A program made the position numbers and the translations under genes. 64,000 nt of DNA from Candidatus Babeliales bacterium (GTDB lineage: Bacteria > Babelota > Babeliae > Babelales > JANWKD01): contig CAVRJO010000002.1 in the NCBI GenBank assembly GCA_963722255.1, positions 128,001 to 192,000 on the forward strand, read 5' to 3'. Shown in pieces: positions 50,336 to 59,790 of this stretch. Numbering within the stretch: the stretch's first letter is position 1; every line of letters begins with the position of its first letter. The notes under the pieces were generated by a model. That model saw only the letters and a list, made by a program, of their open reading frames with translations. It made no database searches and was not told the DNA's origin.

Positions 50336-52717
50336 ATGAATCCAAAATCATTAAGCAAAAAGATGTCTTTTTTAATTCTCATTTCTCTTATTTTTCAGCC
50401 AATTTCAATACAATCAAAACAGCATAGTACAACCCAAGAACCATCAAGCGTCTCCCTTTCATCAACTCACATGAGCATCACTCCTGATAATCTGATGGGA
50501 ATACATTTAGATGAACTCTTAAGAATTGTTATTGAAAATGCTCTTGAAAATCACACGTTTCATGAGCTTCCGCCAATTATTATGGACTGTTATAAACAGC
50601 TTCAAAATGGTGCGCAGTCTTTTAACATTCAAGATTTGGCTCAAATATTACCAATCGCCGTTGAACAATTAACCTCTATAATGAAAGCTGAACGAGCACT
50701 CCGTCCTGATGCTCCAGGTAACGCCAATGGTGCATCGGTAGGGACATCTCTTGAATGCAATTTCTCTGAAGTTCTTCAACCCCTTAATCGTTTAACCCAT
50801 ATTGTTGTTCAATGCTGTACTATGATACAACAAGATTTTAATGCTACATGGACAATTCTTGCTGATCTTAAACAAACTATCACAACAGACATCAACGGCA
50901 CATTCACTGCGATTGCTGCTATTGTTGCAGGGTCATGCGATCTTTCCGGCGTTTACACAACTCTCAATGATATTGATACTACCTTAACTACTTGTTGCTC
51001 TAACATCCAAAATGATTTTGAAGTAACCTGGACAATTTTAGCTGATATCAAACAAACTATTACCACCGATTTCAATGGCACCTTTACGGCTATTGCCGCA
51101 ATTAGTTTAGACACCAATAGCACCTTCACAGCACTTGCTGATATTAAGAATTCCTTAACGACTTGTTGTTCTAAACTTCAAAATGATTTTAATAATACTT
51201 GGACAATTTTAGCAAATATTTCCAATAGCGGTTGTTCCAATATACCAATAACACAAGCAGATATTAATGCTGCTGGAGGAAGTTTAGCTATCAATAATCC
51301 GGGCAATTATTTTTTAGTTGAAGATATTATAGCCGCAGGCGCAATGGGTTCCGGTATTATTACAATTAATTCAAGCGATGTAACTCTTGACCTTTGCAAT
51401 CGCTCATTAAGCGGTACTCCGGGAAATAGCACTTCGGGAATTTTTATAAATACATCTACGAATGTTAGTATCAAAAATGGTATCATTCAAGATATGCTCG
51501 TTGCAGGGGTTGTCGTAAATGGTGGAACAACTGACTTAGAGTTTGATCATCTTACAACCCTCAGTTGTGGAATATTTGGTTTCCAGTTGGGTAATGTTCC
51601 CTTAGTAAATCCGGTATCAAACTCTTCTCCAATCAGCAATCTGCGCGTTACAGATTCTAATGCATTATTCTGCGGTTTGCTCTTTGGACGGAATGTCTCA
51701 TTTCAACAACTTTACACTACTCATCGTTTCACACTTGCAAATAGTGGTGGCTTAATAGCAACAAACTGTTCTAATCTTATTATTAAAGAGAGTTTATTCA
51801 ATCTAAATGATGCTGTTCAAGTTTTTGGATTAAGTTTTATACAATGTTCAGATTCTAAAATAATCAACTGCTCTATGAACGATAATAGTGCATCTGAATT
51901 TTGCGCAGGCCTATTATTAGAACTCTGTAATGGTATATATGTTGCTAACTGCAACTTTAATAATAATCTGGGAAATGGAATAACGCGTTTTAGCCTTGGA
52001 TTCGGCGCCGGAGTAAGTCTTGAAAATTCTACAAATTGTGTTTTTTTTAACTGTCAAGCCACTAATAATGCTGGCGATTCTTCAGCGGGCTTTGCAACTG
52101 ACAGCGGAGCACAAAATCTATTCCGCAACTGCATCGCAACAAATAATAATGGAGCAGATTTTACAGGATATGGCTTTTATGTAACAAATGAACTTGATAC
52201 CCAACTTCTTGAATGTGAAGCATTAAGCAATATAGGACTCTTAGAAGGTAGTGGTTTTATAGGTCTTGACGGAACCGGTAATTCATTTAAAAATTGTCAA
52301 TCCGTTGATAATACAGGAACAAATACCGGTGCCGGATTTATTTTACGCGCAGAAACCGGTTCAACAATCGAAAACTGTGATAGCAAGGACAATTTTGCAA
52401 GCAATATTACTGCAGGATTCAGTTACGGAATTCTCTTAGACACTGATATCAGCTTCGGAATAAATTGCACCAATTGTTACATTAATCATAACTCATTATC
52501 TAATAACATTGGACAATTTGCTAGTTTTGGAATCCTAGATACAGCAATTAATGCAAGCAGTAGTTATGTTGGCAGCAACTTTGCTTATAACAATGGCCTT
52601 AATTATTCTGTCACCTATCCTGTAGCAACATTGCCGGTTGTATCAGGAAGTTTCAGTGGTGCATTACCTGCAACAGGAACCACCGGTAGTTTTGATAATA
52701 TCTCAATCAATCCTTAA
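50336..52717 (+). CDS. Exported fibre/adhesin-like protein: short repeat stalk plus right-handed beta-helix domain
   Basis: Signal peptide; DFNxT(F/W)T repeats; PITQ..I..PGNYFL.E.I..I.INS.DVTLDL cap followed by Asn/Cys-rich PbH1-like rungs. Confidence 0.75.
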   Translation: MNPKSLSKKMSFLILISLIFQPISIQSKQHSTTQEPSSVSLSSTHMSITPDNLMGIHLDELLRIVIENALENHTFHELPPIIMDCYKQLQNGAQSFNIQDLAQILPIAVEQLTSIMKAERALRPDAPGNANGASVGTSLECNFSEVLQPLNRLTHIVVQCCTMIQQDFNATWTILADLKQTITTDINGTFTAIAAIVAGSCDLSGVYTTLNDIDTTLTTCCSNIQNDFEVTWTILADIKQTITTDFNGTFTAIAAISLDTNSTFTALADIKNSLTTCCSKLQNDFNNTWTILANISNSGCSNIPITQADINAAGGSLAINNPGNYFLVEDIIAAGAMGSGIITINSSDVTLDLCNRSLSGTPGNSTSGIFINTSTNVSIKNGIIQDMLVAGVVVNGGTTDLEFDHLTTLSCGIFGFQLGNVPLVNPVSNSSPISNLRVTDSNALFCGLLFGRNVSFQQLYTTHRFTLANSGGLIATNCSNLIIKESLFNLNDAVQVFGLSFIQCSDSKIINCSMNDNSASEFCAGLLLELCNGIYVANCNFNNNLGNGITRFSLGFGAGVSLENSTNCVFFNCQATNNAGDSSAGFATDSGAQNLFRNCIATNNNGADFTGYGFYVTNELDTQLLECEALSNIGLLEGSGFIGLDGTGNSFKNCQSVDNTGTNTGAGFILRAETGSTIENCDSKDNFASNITAGFSYGILLDTDISFGINCTNCYINHNSLSNNIGQFASFGILDTAINASSSYVGSNFAYNNGLNYSVTYPVATLPVVSGSFSGALPATGTTGSFDNISINP

Positions 52718-52871
52718 AAAGATGTAAACATTTACTTACCTGTAATGGTATTATCAATGTTTATAATTGCCACTAGAAAAAAAAATTACTCCATAGTATT
52801 GCCTTGTTTGGCAAAAATATGGTTTTATTTTTGATGGGATTTATTTTTAAATAAAACTTAGGGGTAGGTTT

Positions 52872-55800
52872 ATGAATCGAAAATCATTAAGCAAAAAGAT
52901 CTCTTTTTTAATTCTCATTTCTCTTATTTTTCAGCCAATTTCTATACAATCAAAACAGCGTATTTCGACTGAAGAACCATCAAGCGTCTTCCTTTCATCA
53001 ACAATCAAAGATCCTTGTATAAAAAATAACTCAGTTCACATGAGCATCACTCCGGATAATCTGATGGGAATACATTTAGATGAACTCTTAAAAATTGTTA
53101 TTGAACATGCTCTTGAAAATCACACGTTTCATGAACTTCCGCCAGTTATTATGGACTGCTATAAACAGCTTCAAAATGGTGCGCAGTCTATTAACATTCA
53201 AGATTTGGCTCAAATATTGCCGATCGCCGTTGAACAATTAACCTCTATAATGAAAACTGAACGAGCATTCCGTCCTGATGCTCCAGGTAACATTAATGGT
53301 GCACCGGTAGGAACATCACTTGAATGCAATTTATCTGAAGTTCTTCAACTTCTTAATCGTTTAACCCATATTGTTGTTCAATGCTGTGCTATGATACAAC
53401 AAGATTTTAATGCTACATGGACAATTCTTGCCGATATCAAAGATACTATAACCTCTGACTTCAACGGCACATTTACCGCAATTGCTGCTATTTTGACCGG
53501 ATCATGCGATCTTTCCGGAGTTTATACAACTCTTGCCAATCTTGATACTACCGTAACCTCCTGCTGTGCAACCATTCAAAACGATTTTGATTTCACCTGG
53601 ACCATCTTAGCTGATATTAAACAAACCATCACCACCGATTTCAATAGCACCTTCACAGCTATCGCAGCTATTGTTGCAGGTGCATGTGATTTAAATGGTG
53701 TTTACACAACATTAAATGCTGGCTTCAACGCTACTTTTACTGCTATCGCTTCTATCGTTGCCGGTTCTTGCGATCTTTCTGGAGTTTATACAACTCTTGC
53801 CCATCTTAACGATACCTCAACCACCTGCTGCACTGCTCTACAAACCGATTTCAATGGAACCTTCACAGTACTTAATGGAATAGCAGCGGCTCTTGAAGCT
53901 ATTCCAGCAGCTCTTGCTGATATCAAACAAACCATCACCACCGACTTTAACGGTACCTTTACTGCATTGAATGCATGTTGTGGTAATGTGAACAACACGT
54001 TCACGGTGCTTGCCGACATCAAGCAAACTATAACCACCGATTTTAATGGAACGTTTACGGCATTGAATGCATGTTGCACCAATCTTGCTAATGATTTTGC
54101 CAATACCTGGACCATCTTAGCTGATATCAAACAAACGATAACCAATGATTTTAATGGAACATTTACTGCCATTGCTGCTATCAATTTAAATGCAGAAAAT
54201 ACCTTCACGGTGCTTGCAGACATCAAACAAACAATAACAACAGATTTTAATGGAACATTTACGGCATTGAATGCATGTTGCACCAATCTTGCTAATGATT
54301 TTGCTAATACCTGGACCATCTTAGCTGATATCAAACAAACTATTACCAATGACTTTAATGGAACGTTTACTGAATTCAATGGCACCTTTACTGCTATTGC
54401 CGCTATCAACTTAAGTACAGTAAATACTTTTACGGTGCTTGCAGACATTAAGCAAACTATAACAACAGATTTTAATGGCACCTTCACAGCCTTGAATGCA
54501 TGTTGTATCAACCTCTCTAATGATTTTGCTAATACTTGGACCATCTTAGCGGATATTAAACAAACTATTACCAATGATTTCGATGGGACTTTCACTGCTA
54601 TTGCTGCTATCAATTTAACTGCAGTAAATACCTTCACAGTGCTTGCCGATATTAAGCAAACTATTACTAACGATTTCAATGGCACCTTTACAGCACTCAA
54701 TGCGTGTTGCACTAATATTACTAATGAATTCAACGGAACATTTACTGCGCTTGCAGATATCAAACAAACGATAACTAACGATTTTAACGGGACGTTCACC
54801 GCTATTGCCGCTATCAACTTGAATGAGGTAAATACTTTTACAGTGCTTGCAGACATCAAACAAACAATCACTAATGATTTTAACGGCACCTTTACTGCAT
54901 TGAATGCATGCTGCACTAATATCACCAATGAATTCAACGGAACATTTACTGCGCTTGCAGACATCAAACAAACCATCACCAATGATTTTAACGGCACTTT
55001 CACGGCATTGAATGCATGCTGCACTAATATTACTAATGAATTCAACGGAACATTTACTGCGCTTGCAGATATCAAACAAACAATTACTAATGATTTTAAT
55101 GGCACCTTCACTGCACTCAATGCATGCTGCACTAATATCACCAATGAATTTAATGGAACATTTACTGCGCTTGCAGATATCAAACAAACAATTACTAATG
55201 ATTTTAATGGCACCTTCACTGCACTCAATGCATGCTGCACTAATATCACCAATGAATTTAATGGCACCTTCACTGCACTTGCTGATATCAAACAAACGAT
55301 AACTAACGATTTTAATGAAACTTTCACTGCTATAGCCGCTATCAACTTAAGTGCAGTAAATACCTTCACGGTGCTTGCAGACATCAAACAAACGATTACT
55401 AATGATTTTAATGGGACCTTCACGGCCTTGAATGCATGCTGCACTAATATCACCAATGAATTCAATGGCACCTTCACTGCGCTTGCAGATATCAAACAAA
55501 CGATAACTAACGATTTTAATGGAACTTTCACTGCTATAGCTGCTCTCAGCTTGAATGCAATAAATACCTTCACGGTGCTTAATGATATTAAAAATACTGT
55601 TTCTCAAGATTTTATTAACACCTGGACTATTTTGGCCAGTCTTAGTAGTAGTTGCTCAATGACTCCTATAACGCAAGCAAAAGTCAATGCAGCCGGTGGA
55701 AGCTTTACTATTAGTAGCCCAGGCAACTATTTCTTAGAGGAAAATATTTCATCATCAGGTCTTTTAGGAAGTGGAATTATTAGAATTAATTCCAATGATG

Positions 55801-57071
55801 TTACTTTAGATCTTTGTAATCGCTCTATAACAGGACTAGCGGGTAATGCAACGTCAGGTGTCTTTATAAATACTACCACAAATGTTACCGTAAAAAATGG
55901 TACTATTGAAAATGTCTCAGTCTCGGGTATTGTTGTTAATGGTCAATCAACAGATATACTACTCGATCATGTAACAACTCTTAGTTGTGGAATATTTGGG
56001 ATACAATTTGGCACAGCTGCAACTAATGCACTTCCAAACTCTAATATAATAGGCGATTGTCGTGTTCTATATTGTTCAGCACTATTTTGCGGTCAAGCTA
56101 CACAATCAAATCCAACAGCAGGCCTTTTTGCCTTTAATTGTACAGACCTCATTATTGATCAAGGCTTATTTAATAATAATGTAAGTTTAACTATTAATGG
56201 TATGTTTCTTTCACAATGCTCAAACTGCACCGTAACCAATTCTTCCATGGATAATAATTCTGGCATTGGTGCTTTTAGTGAAGGTGTGGGATTACAAATC
56301 ATTACCCCTGGTGCAATAAGTTGTAACAATAACTATTTTGCTAATTGCACTTTTAATAACAACAGTGGAAATAGTTCTAATGGTAGTGCAATAGGAGTTA
56401 CTTCAAGTGGAGCAATAGCCAATGTTTACCTCAATTGCCAAGCAAACAATAATTCTGGCAGTACGGCTTTTGGTTTCTTTTTTCAAGATGGTAGTCAAAA
56501 TGTCTTTGAAAATGTAACAGCAAGTTTCAATACGGCTTTTGTTGGACAAGCTTATGGCTTTAATATTAGTGAAACTGCTGATCAATTTACTAACTGTACA
56601 GCTGCGACGAATTCAGGAGTGCTTGAGTGCGCAGGCTTCTATTATCAGGCTGGATCTCAAAATTTATGTCAATATTCTCAAGCAATAGACAATACCGCTA
56701 CATTTACCTGTGCCGGTATTATTTTACGCGCTGAAACAGCGAGTAATGTTGAAAACTGTACCCTAAAGGATAGTTTGGGCGCAAGCGGAATTTCATATGG
56801 TATATTATTAGACCAATTATCAAATACCTTCTGTCTCAATTGTTTTGTCCGTGCAAATAATCTTTCAAATAATAAATCCTTTGGAATAGCAGATACACAA
56901 AATCACAGCAGTACCTTTGTTGGAAGCAATTTTGCCTTTAACCAAACAACCAACTATAGCATTACCTATTTAGGTGCAACACTACCGGTTATTTCAGGAA
57001 GTTTTACTACAGGATTACCATCACCAACAGCATCGGGAGGAATCTTTGCTAATATTTCTATAAATCCTTAA
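52872..57071 (+). CDS. Long paralog of 50336-52717 with expanded 18/36-aa repeat stalk and beta-helix head
   Basis: Near-identical N-terminus and upstream DNA; same NISINP C-terminus; about 23 FNGTFT copies (hand count). Confidence 0.8.
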   Translation: MNRKSLSKKISFLILISLIFQPISIQSKQRISTEEPSSVFLSSTIKDPCIKNNSVHMSITPDNLMGIHLDELLKIVIEHALENHTFHELPPVIMDCYKQLQNGAQSINIQDLAQILPIAVEQLTSIMKTERAFRPDAPGNINGAPVGTSLECNLSEVLQLLNRLTHIVVQCCAMIQQDFNATWTILADIKDTITSDFNGTFTAIAAILTGSCDLSGVYTTLANLDTTVTSCCATIQNDFDFTWTILADIKQTITTDFNSTFTAIAAIVAGACDLNGVYTTLNAGFNATFTAIASIVAGSCDLSGVYTTLAHLNDTSTTCCTALQTDFNGTFTVLNGIAAALEAIPAALADIKQTITTDFNGTFTALNACCGNVNNTFTVLADIKQTITTDFNGTFTALNACCTNLANDFANTWTILADIKQTITNDFNGTFTAIAAINLNAENTFTVLADIKQTITTDFNGTFTALNACCTNLANDFANTWTILADIKQTITNDFNGTFTEFNGTFTAIAAINLSTVNTFTVLADIKQTITTDFNGTFTALNACCINLSNDFANTWTILADIKQTITNDFDGTFTAIAAINLTAVNTFTVLADIKQTITNDFNGTFTALNACCTNITNEFNGTFTALADIKQTITNDFNGTFTAIAAINLNEVNTFTVLADIKQTITNDFNGTFTALNACCTNITNEFNGTFTALADIKQTITNDFNGTFTALNACCTNITNEFNGTFTALADIKQTITNDFNGTFTALNACCTNITNEFNGTFTALADIKQTITNDFNGTFTALNACCTNITNEFNGTFTALADIKQTITNDFNETFTAIAAINLSAVNTFTVLADIKQTITNDFNGTFTALNACCTNITNEFNGTFTALADIKQTITNDFNGTFTAIAALSLNAINTFTVLNDIKNTVSQDFINTWTILASLSSSCSMTPITQAKVNAAGGSFTISSPGNYFLEENISSSGLLGSGIIRINSNDVTLDLCNRSITGLAGNATSGVFINTTTNVTVKNGTIENVSVSGIVVNGQSTDILLDHVTTLSCGIFGIQFGTAATNALPNSNIIGDCRVLYCSALFCGQATQSNPTAGLFAFNCTDLIIDQGLFNNNVSLTINGMFLSQCSNCTVTNSSMDNNSGIGAFSEGVGLQIITPGAISCNNNYFANCTFNNNSGNSSNGSAIGVTSSGAIANVYLNCQANNNSGSTAFGFFFQDGSQNVFENVTASFNTAFVGQAYGFNISETADQFTNCTAATNSGVLECAGFYYQAGSQNLCQYSQAIDNTATFTCAGIILRAETASNVENCTLKDSLGASGISYGILLDQLSNTFCLNCFVRANNLSNNKSFGIADTQNHSSTFVGSNFAFNQTTNYSITYLGATLPVISGSFTTGLPSPTASGGIFANISINP
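53400..55640 (+). repeat. Coding tandem repeat array (54/108-bp modules)
   Basis: ADIKQTITNDFNGTFTAL / NACCTNITNEFNGTFTAL / AIAAINLxxxNTFTVL modules in mosaic order; boundaries approximate. Confidence 0.9.
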
Positions 57072-57086
57072 AAATCATTACTCTAT

Positions 57087-57123
57087 GGTATGCATAAGAA
57101 CCAACAATCTTATGCATACCTTT
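57087..57123. terminator. Hairpin terminator between convergent genes
   Basis: GGTATGCATAAGA-loop-TCTTATGCATACC-TTT. Confidence 0.7.
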
Positions 57124-58396
57124 AAAAGCACCACTCAATATCAATGCCAACTGATGCAACGGCCATAGTGGTATCAAAAATTCTCTTTCCCCCAATAATC
57201 CAATTATAGAAAAAGCCAATTCTTGGGCCAATATCTGAAGGTTCATGTGCAAAATCATATTCTAAAAACCAATGAATAACATGCATCTGCCAACTTCTAA
57301 AACGTTGATCACTATTTACAATTTCCGGAATAAAAATATTTGTAGTATCAGGTTTAATACAATCACGCTCTTTAAGAGTAAAACAATATCCAACCAAGAG
57401 CGAAAGACCCCTGAAAATATGATCAGCTTTAGTATACGCAGCAATATCCCAAATGGTACCTGGATCTACTAAAGCTTTTCCTGAGGTTAAAAAAATAAAA
57501 CCGTTTTGATCATGAGCAGTTTTCATTGCAATACATCGCGATCGATCAAATAAAAACAATGCACCAATATGAGCACCACATGTCAACCATTCCCAATAGC
57601 CCATAGAACAGTCAAATTTTAATGGCATACCATAAAATCCATCATATCCAAGGGGAAGATCAAAAGGATTACGCAATGATCGTTTTTTACCGGTGGGAAA
57701 TAATATCCCAAACTTTGCAGTAACATCATAATAATCAGCATAGGTTGTATCTTGATTATTAAAAGTCCAACCTGCTAACAAAGTTAAATCTCCTATTCCC
57801 ATTCTATGTACATTTGTTATCGATCGACCATAACGTGCTAAAATTTGTGAAAAATTGCCCAAAAATTGTATCCATTCTGGACTATTTTTATTTGGGACAA
57901 TAGTGTCTTCCGGAGACTTATCACAATATTGAATATTTTGTATGGTGAGACGTCGAATAGGAAGATAAAGTTGCAAAAAAAATCCGGAACACAAATTTTG
58001 ATAGCCATTTATTACTGCTTCGACAATAGAAAAATCTCCTTTAAAAAGCAGTTTCCCAAAATTATCACGGCAAGGCAGGTTGTTCAAATCAATAAGAATC
58101 CTATCCAGCTCATTTTGTTCATCGAGGCATGGTATATCAGCACCAAGATTTTGCATTGCATGCAAACCAAAAACATTAAGTAGAGCTGTCTTTTGACCAT
58201 TGCAGTTAAAAGCTTTTTTGGTGCTCCCTCCTGAAATGAGAAAATCCCAAGAGGTTAACCAATTTTTCTCAAACCTAGGTTCTCCCCAAAAAAAATTTGC
58301 TCTATAAAAATGAGGATTATCAATAGCAGTTGCAAAAGATATCGTTGCTAACCCAATAAATAAACATCGCATATAGTTGTAATGCTGCTTAATCAT
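57122..58396 (-). CDS. Putative outer-membrane beta-barrel protein
   Basis: Signal peptide, aromatic-rich alternating strands, GIGDLTL and ILFPTG motifs, C-terminal Phe (GIDIEWCF). Confidence 0.6.
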   Translation of the reverse strand: MIKQHYNYMRCLFIGLATISFATAIDNPHFYRANFFWGEPRFEKNWLTSWDFLISGGSTKKAFNCNGQKTALLNVFGLHAMQNLGADIPCLDEQNELDRILIDLNNLPCRDNFGKLLFKGDFSIVEAVINGYQNLCSGFFLQLYLPIRRLTIQNIQYCDKSPEDTIVPNKNSPEWIQFLGNFSQILARYGRSITNVHRMGIGDLTLLAGWTFNNQDTTYADYYDVTAKFGILFPTGKKRSLRNPFDLPLGYDGFYGMPLKFDCSMGYWEWLTCGAHIGALFLFDRSRCIAMKTAHDQNGFIFLTSGKALVDPGTIWDIAAYTKADHIFRGLSLLVGYCFTLKERDCIKPDTTNIFIPEIVNSDQRFRSWQMHVIHWFLEYDFAHEPSDIGPRIGFFYNWIIGGKRIFDTTMAVASVGIDIEWCF

Positions 58397-58554
58397 ACTG
58401 TATTCCTATACATTCTTTCACTCATTATGAGAGCATGAAAGGACAAAACCTTAATCATCAAGCATAATTGCTTGTCAGCCATGCTCAGTGTGTTATACTT
58501 TATTTAATACTTATACACTATAAATCATTATTCTAAGATCATAAAGGTTCAACC

Positions 58555-59067
58555 ATGGATACTATACAAGAACAAGCTCAATTTAACCAATCGTCTGAAC
58601 AAGAACAAAAGAATGACACTCTTCTACAGCAGTGCACAACCGAGCTACAAGAATTAAAAAATAGCTATGTTCACCTTATTGCAGATTTTGAGAATTTTAA
58701 ACGCAGGCAAGAAAAAGAACGGTTACAATGGAGCAGACTTGCTCAAATAGATATTATTGCACCATTATTGACTATTATTGATGATTTTGAACGTGCATTA
58801 GAACAAAAAGGAACTGCTGAAGCTTCCCAAAATTGGATCGCAGGATTTGAACTCATCTACAAAGAGCTTATAAAATATTTAGATAAAATAGGCATCAAAA
58901 AAATTGAAGTTAAGCCTCATGATCAATTTAATCCTGAATTACATGAATCGATTATGACGGAAAATGTTGATCAAACTCCCGATACTATTGTAAAGGTTCT
59001 TCAAAAAGGCTATATATTTAAAGACTATGTTATACGTCCGGCTAAAGTAAGTATTACTGCAGGCTAA
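58555..59067 (+). CDS. grpE: Nucleotide exchange factor GrpE
   Basis: ADFENFKRR, DDFERAL, FNPELHE, QKGY, IRPAKV. Confidence 0.95.
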   Translation: MDTIQEQAQFNQSSEQEQKNDTLLQQCTTELQELKNSYVHLIADFENFKRRQEKERLQWSRLAQIDIIAPLLTIIDDFERALEQKGTAEASQNWIAGFELIYKELIKYLDKIGIKKIEVKPHDQFNPELHESIMTENVDQTPDTIVKVLQKGYIFKDYVIRPAKVSITAG

Positions 59068-59074
59068 AAAGATA

Positions 59075-59779
59075 CTATTTATTCACCAAGCTTTTGTAAT
59101 ACTCAACCACATCTTCTGGATCTTCATGTACAGAAAGTGCTTTTCTATGAGCATCATTTTCTTGGCTCTTATACCACTTTTGTAATAACGATTGGTAGAA
59201 TGGTGTTTGATCTACCATACATTTTGCTAATGAACTAAAGGTGGTTACGGCGCCAATCTTTAATAAACGAAACTTCGTAGGCAAAGAAAAAAATGGCAAA
59301 CGAGCCGCTACCAAATTACAGGTACCAACGAGTCCCAAACCTAAACCACTATATGATTCCATACCTCTTTTAACATGATGATATAAAGCAAGATGTGCAA
59401 ACTCATGAAGAAATTCGTAGAGATTTATATAATCCGGTTTTTGATTACATAAGCGCTGATTAATCCATAGAGCATTTACCCAAGGTATAATAAAAATTGA
59501 GCCAAATCCCAATGCATGCTCAGTTCTTGAATTCATTTTTTTTACCGTAAATTTTTTCTTAATTCCCATTTTATTGCGTGCTATATCACTCATTAATTGA
59601 TAATGTGCAGTAGCACCTTCCTCTCCATAGGCCTTTGCATCTGCACTCAAAGAGTGAGGTAAATCAATCCAGCAGCTTGGAGAATTTGTTGATTTATTTG
59701 TTATCGTGCGCTCCATAGAATTAAGCGAACTGAATAGTATCATACTAACAAATAAAATTTTCCTACTCATTTTTTGCAT
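59075..59779 (-). CDS. Exported putative zinc metallopeptidase (HExxH, M48-like)
   Basis: Signal peptide ending LNS then ME; LHEFAH; downstream QENDAH. Confidence 0.6.
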   Translation of the reverse strand: MQKMSRKILFVSMILFSSLNSMERTITNKSTNSPSCWIDLPHSLSADAKAYGEEGATAHYQLMSDIARNKMGIKKKFTVKKMNSRTEHALGFGSIFIIPWVNALWINQRLCNQKPDYINLYEFLHEFAHLALYHHVKRGMESYSGLGLGLVGTCNLVAARLPFFSLPTKFRLLKIGAVTTFSSLAKCMVDQTPFYQSLLQKWYKSQENDAHRKALSVHEDPEDVVEYYKSLVNK

Positions 59780-59790
59780 TTTTTATCCTT

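Noticed and set aside
53786..55573. 595-aa antisense ORF (and other overlapping ORFs) in the fibre gene
   Set aside because: Shadow of the repetitive sense-strand codons; no independent features
53400..55640. Possible CRISPR array or DGR template/variable repeat
   Set aside because: Repeats are in-frame coding modules varying at wobble positions; no unique spacers, no cas or reverse transcriptase gene, no adenine-specific pattern seen
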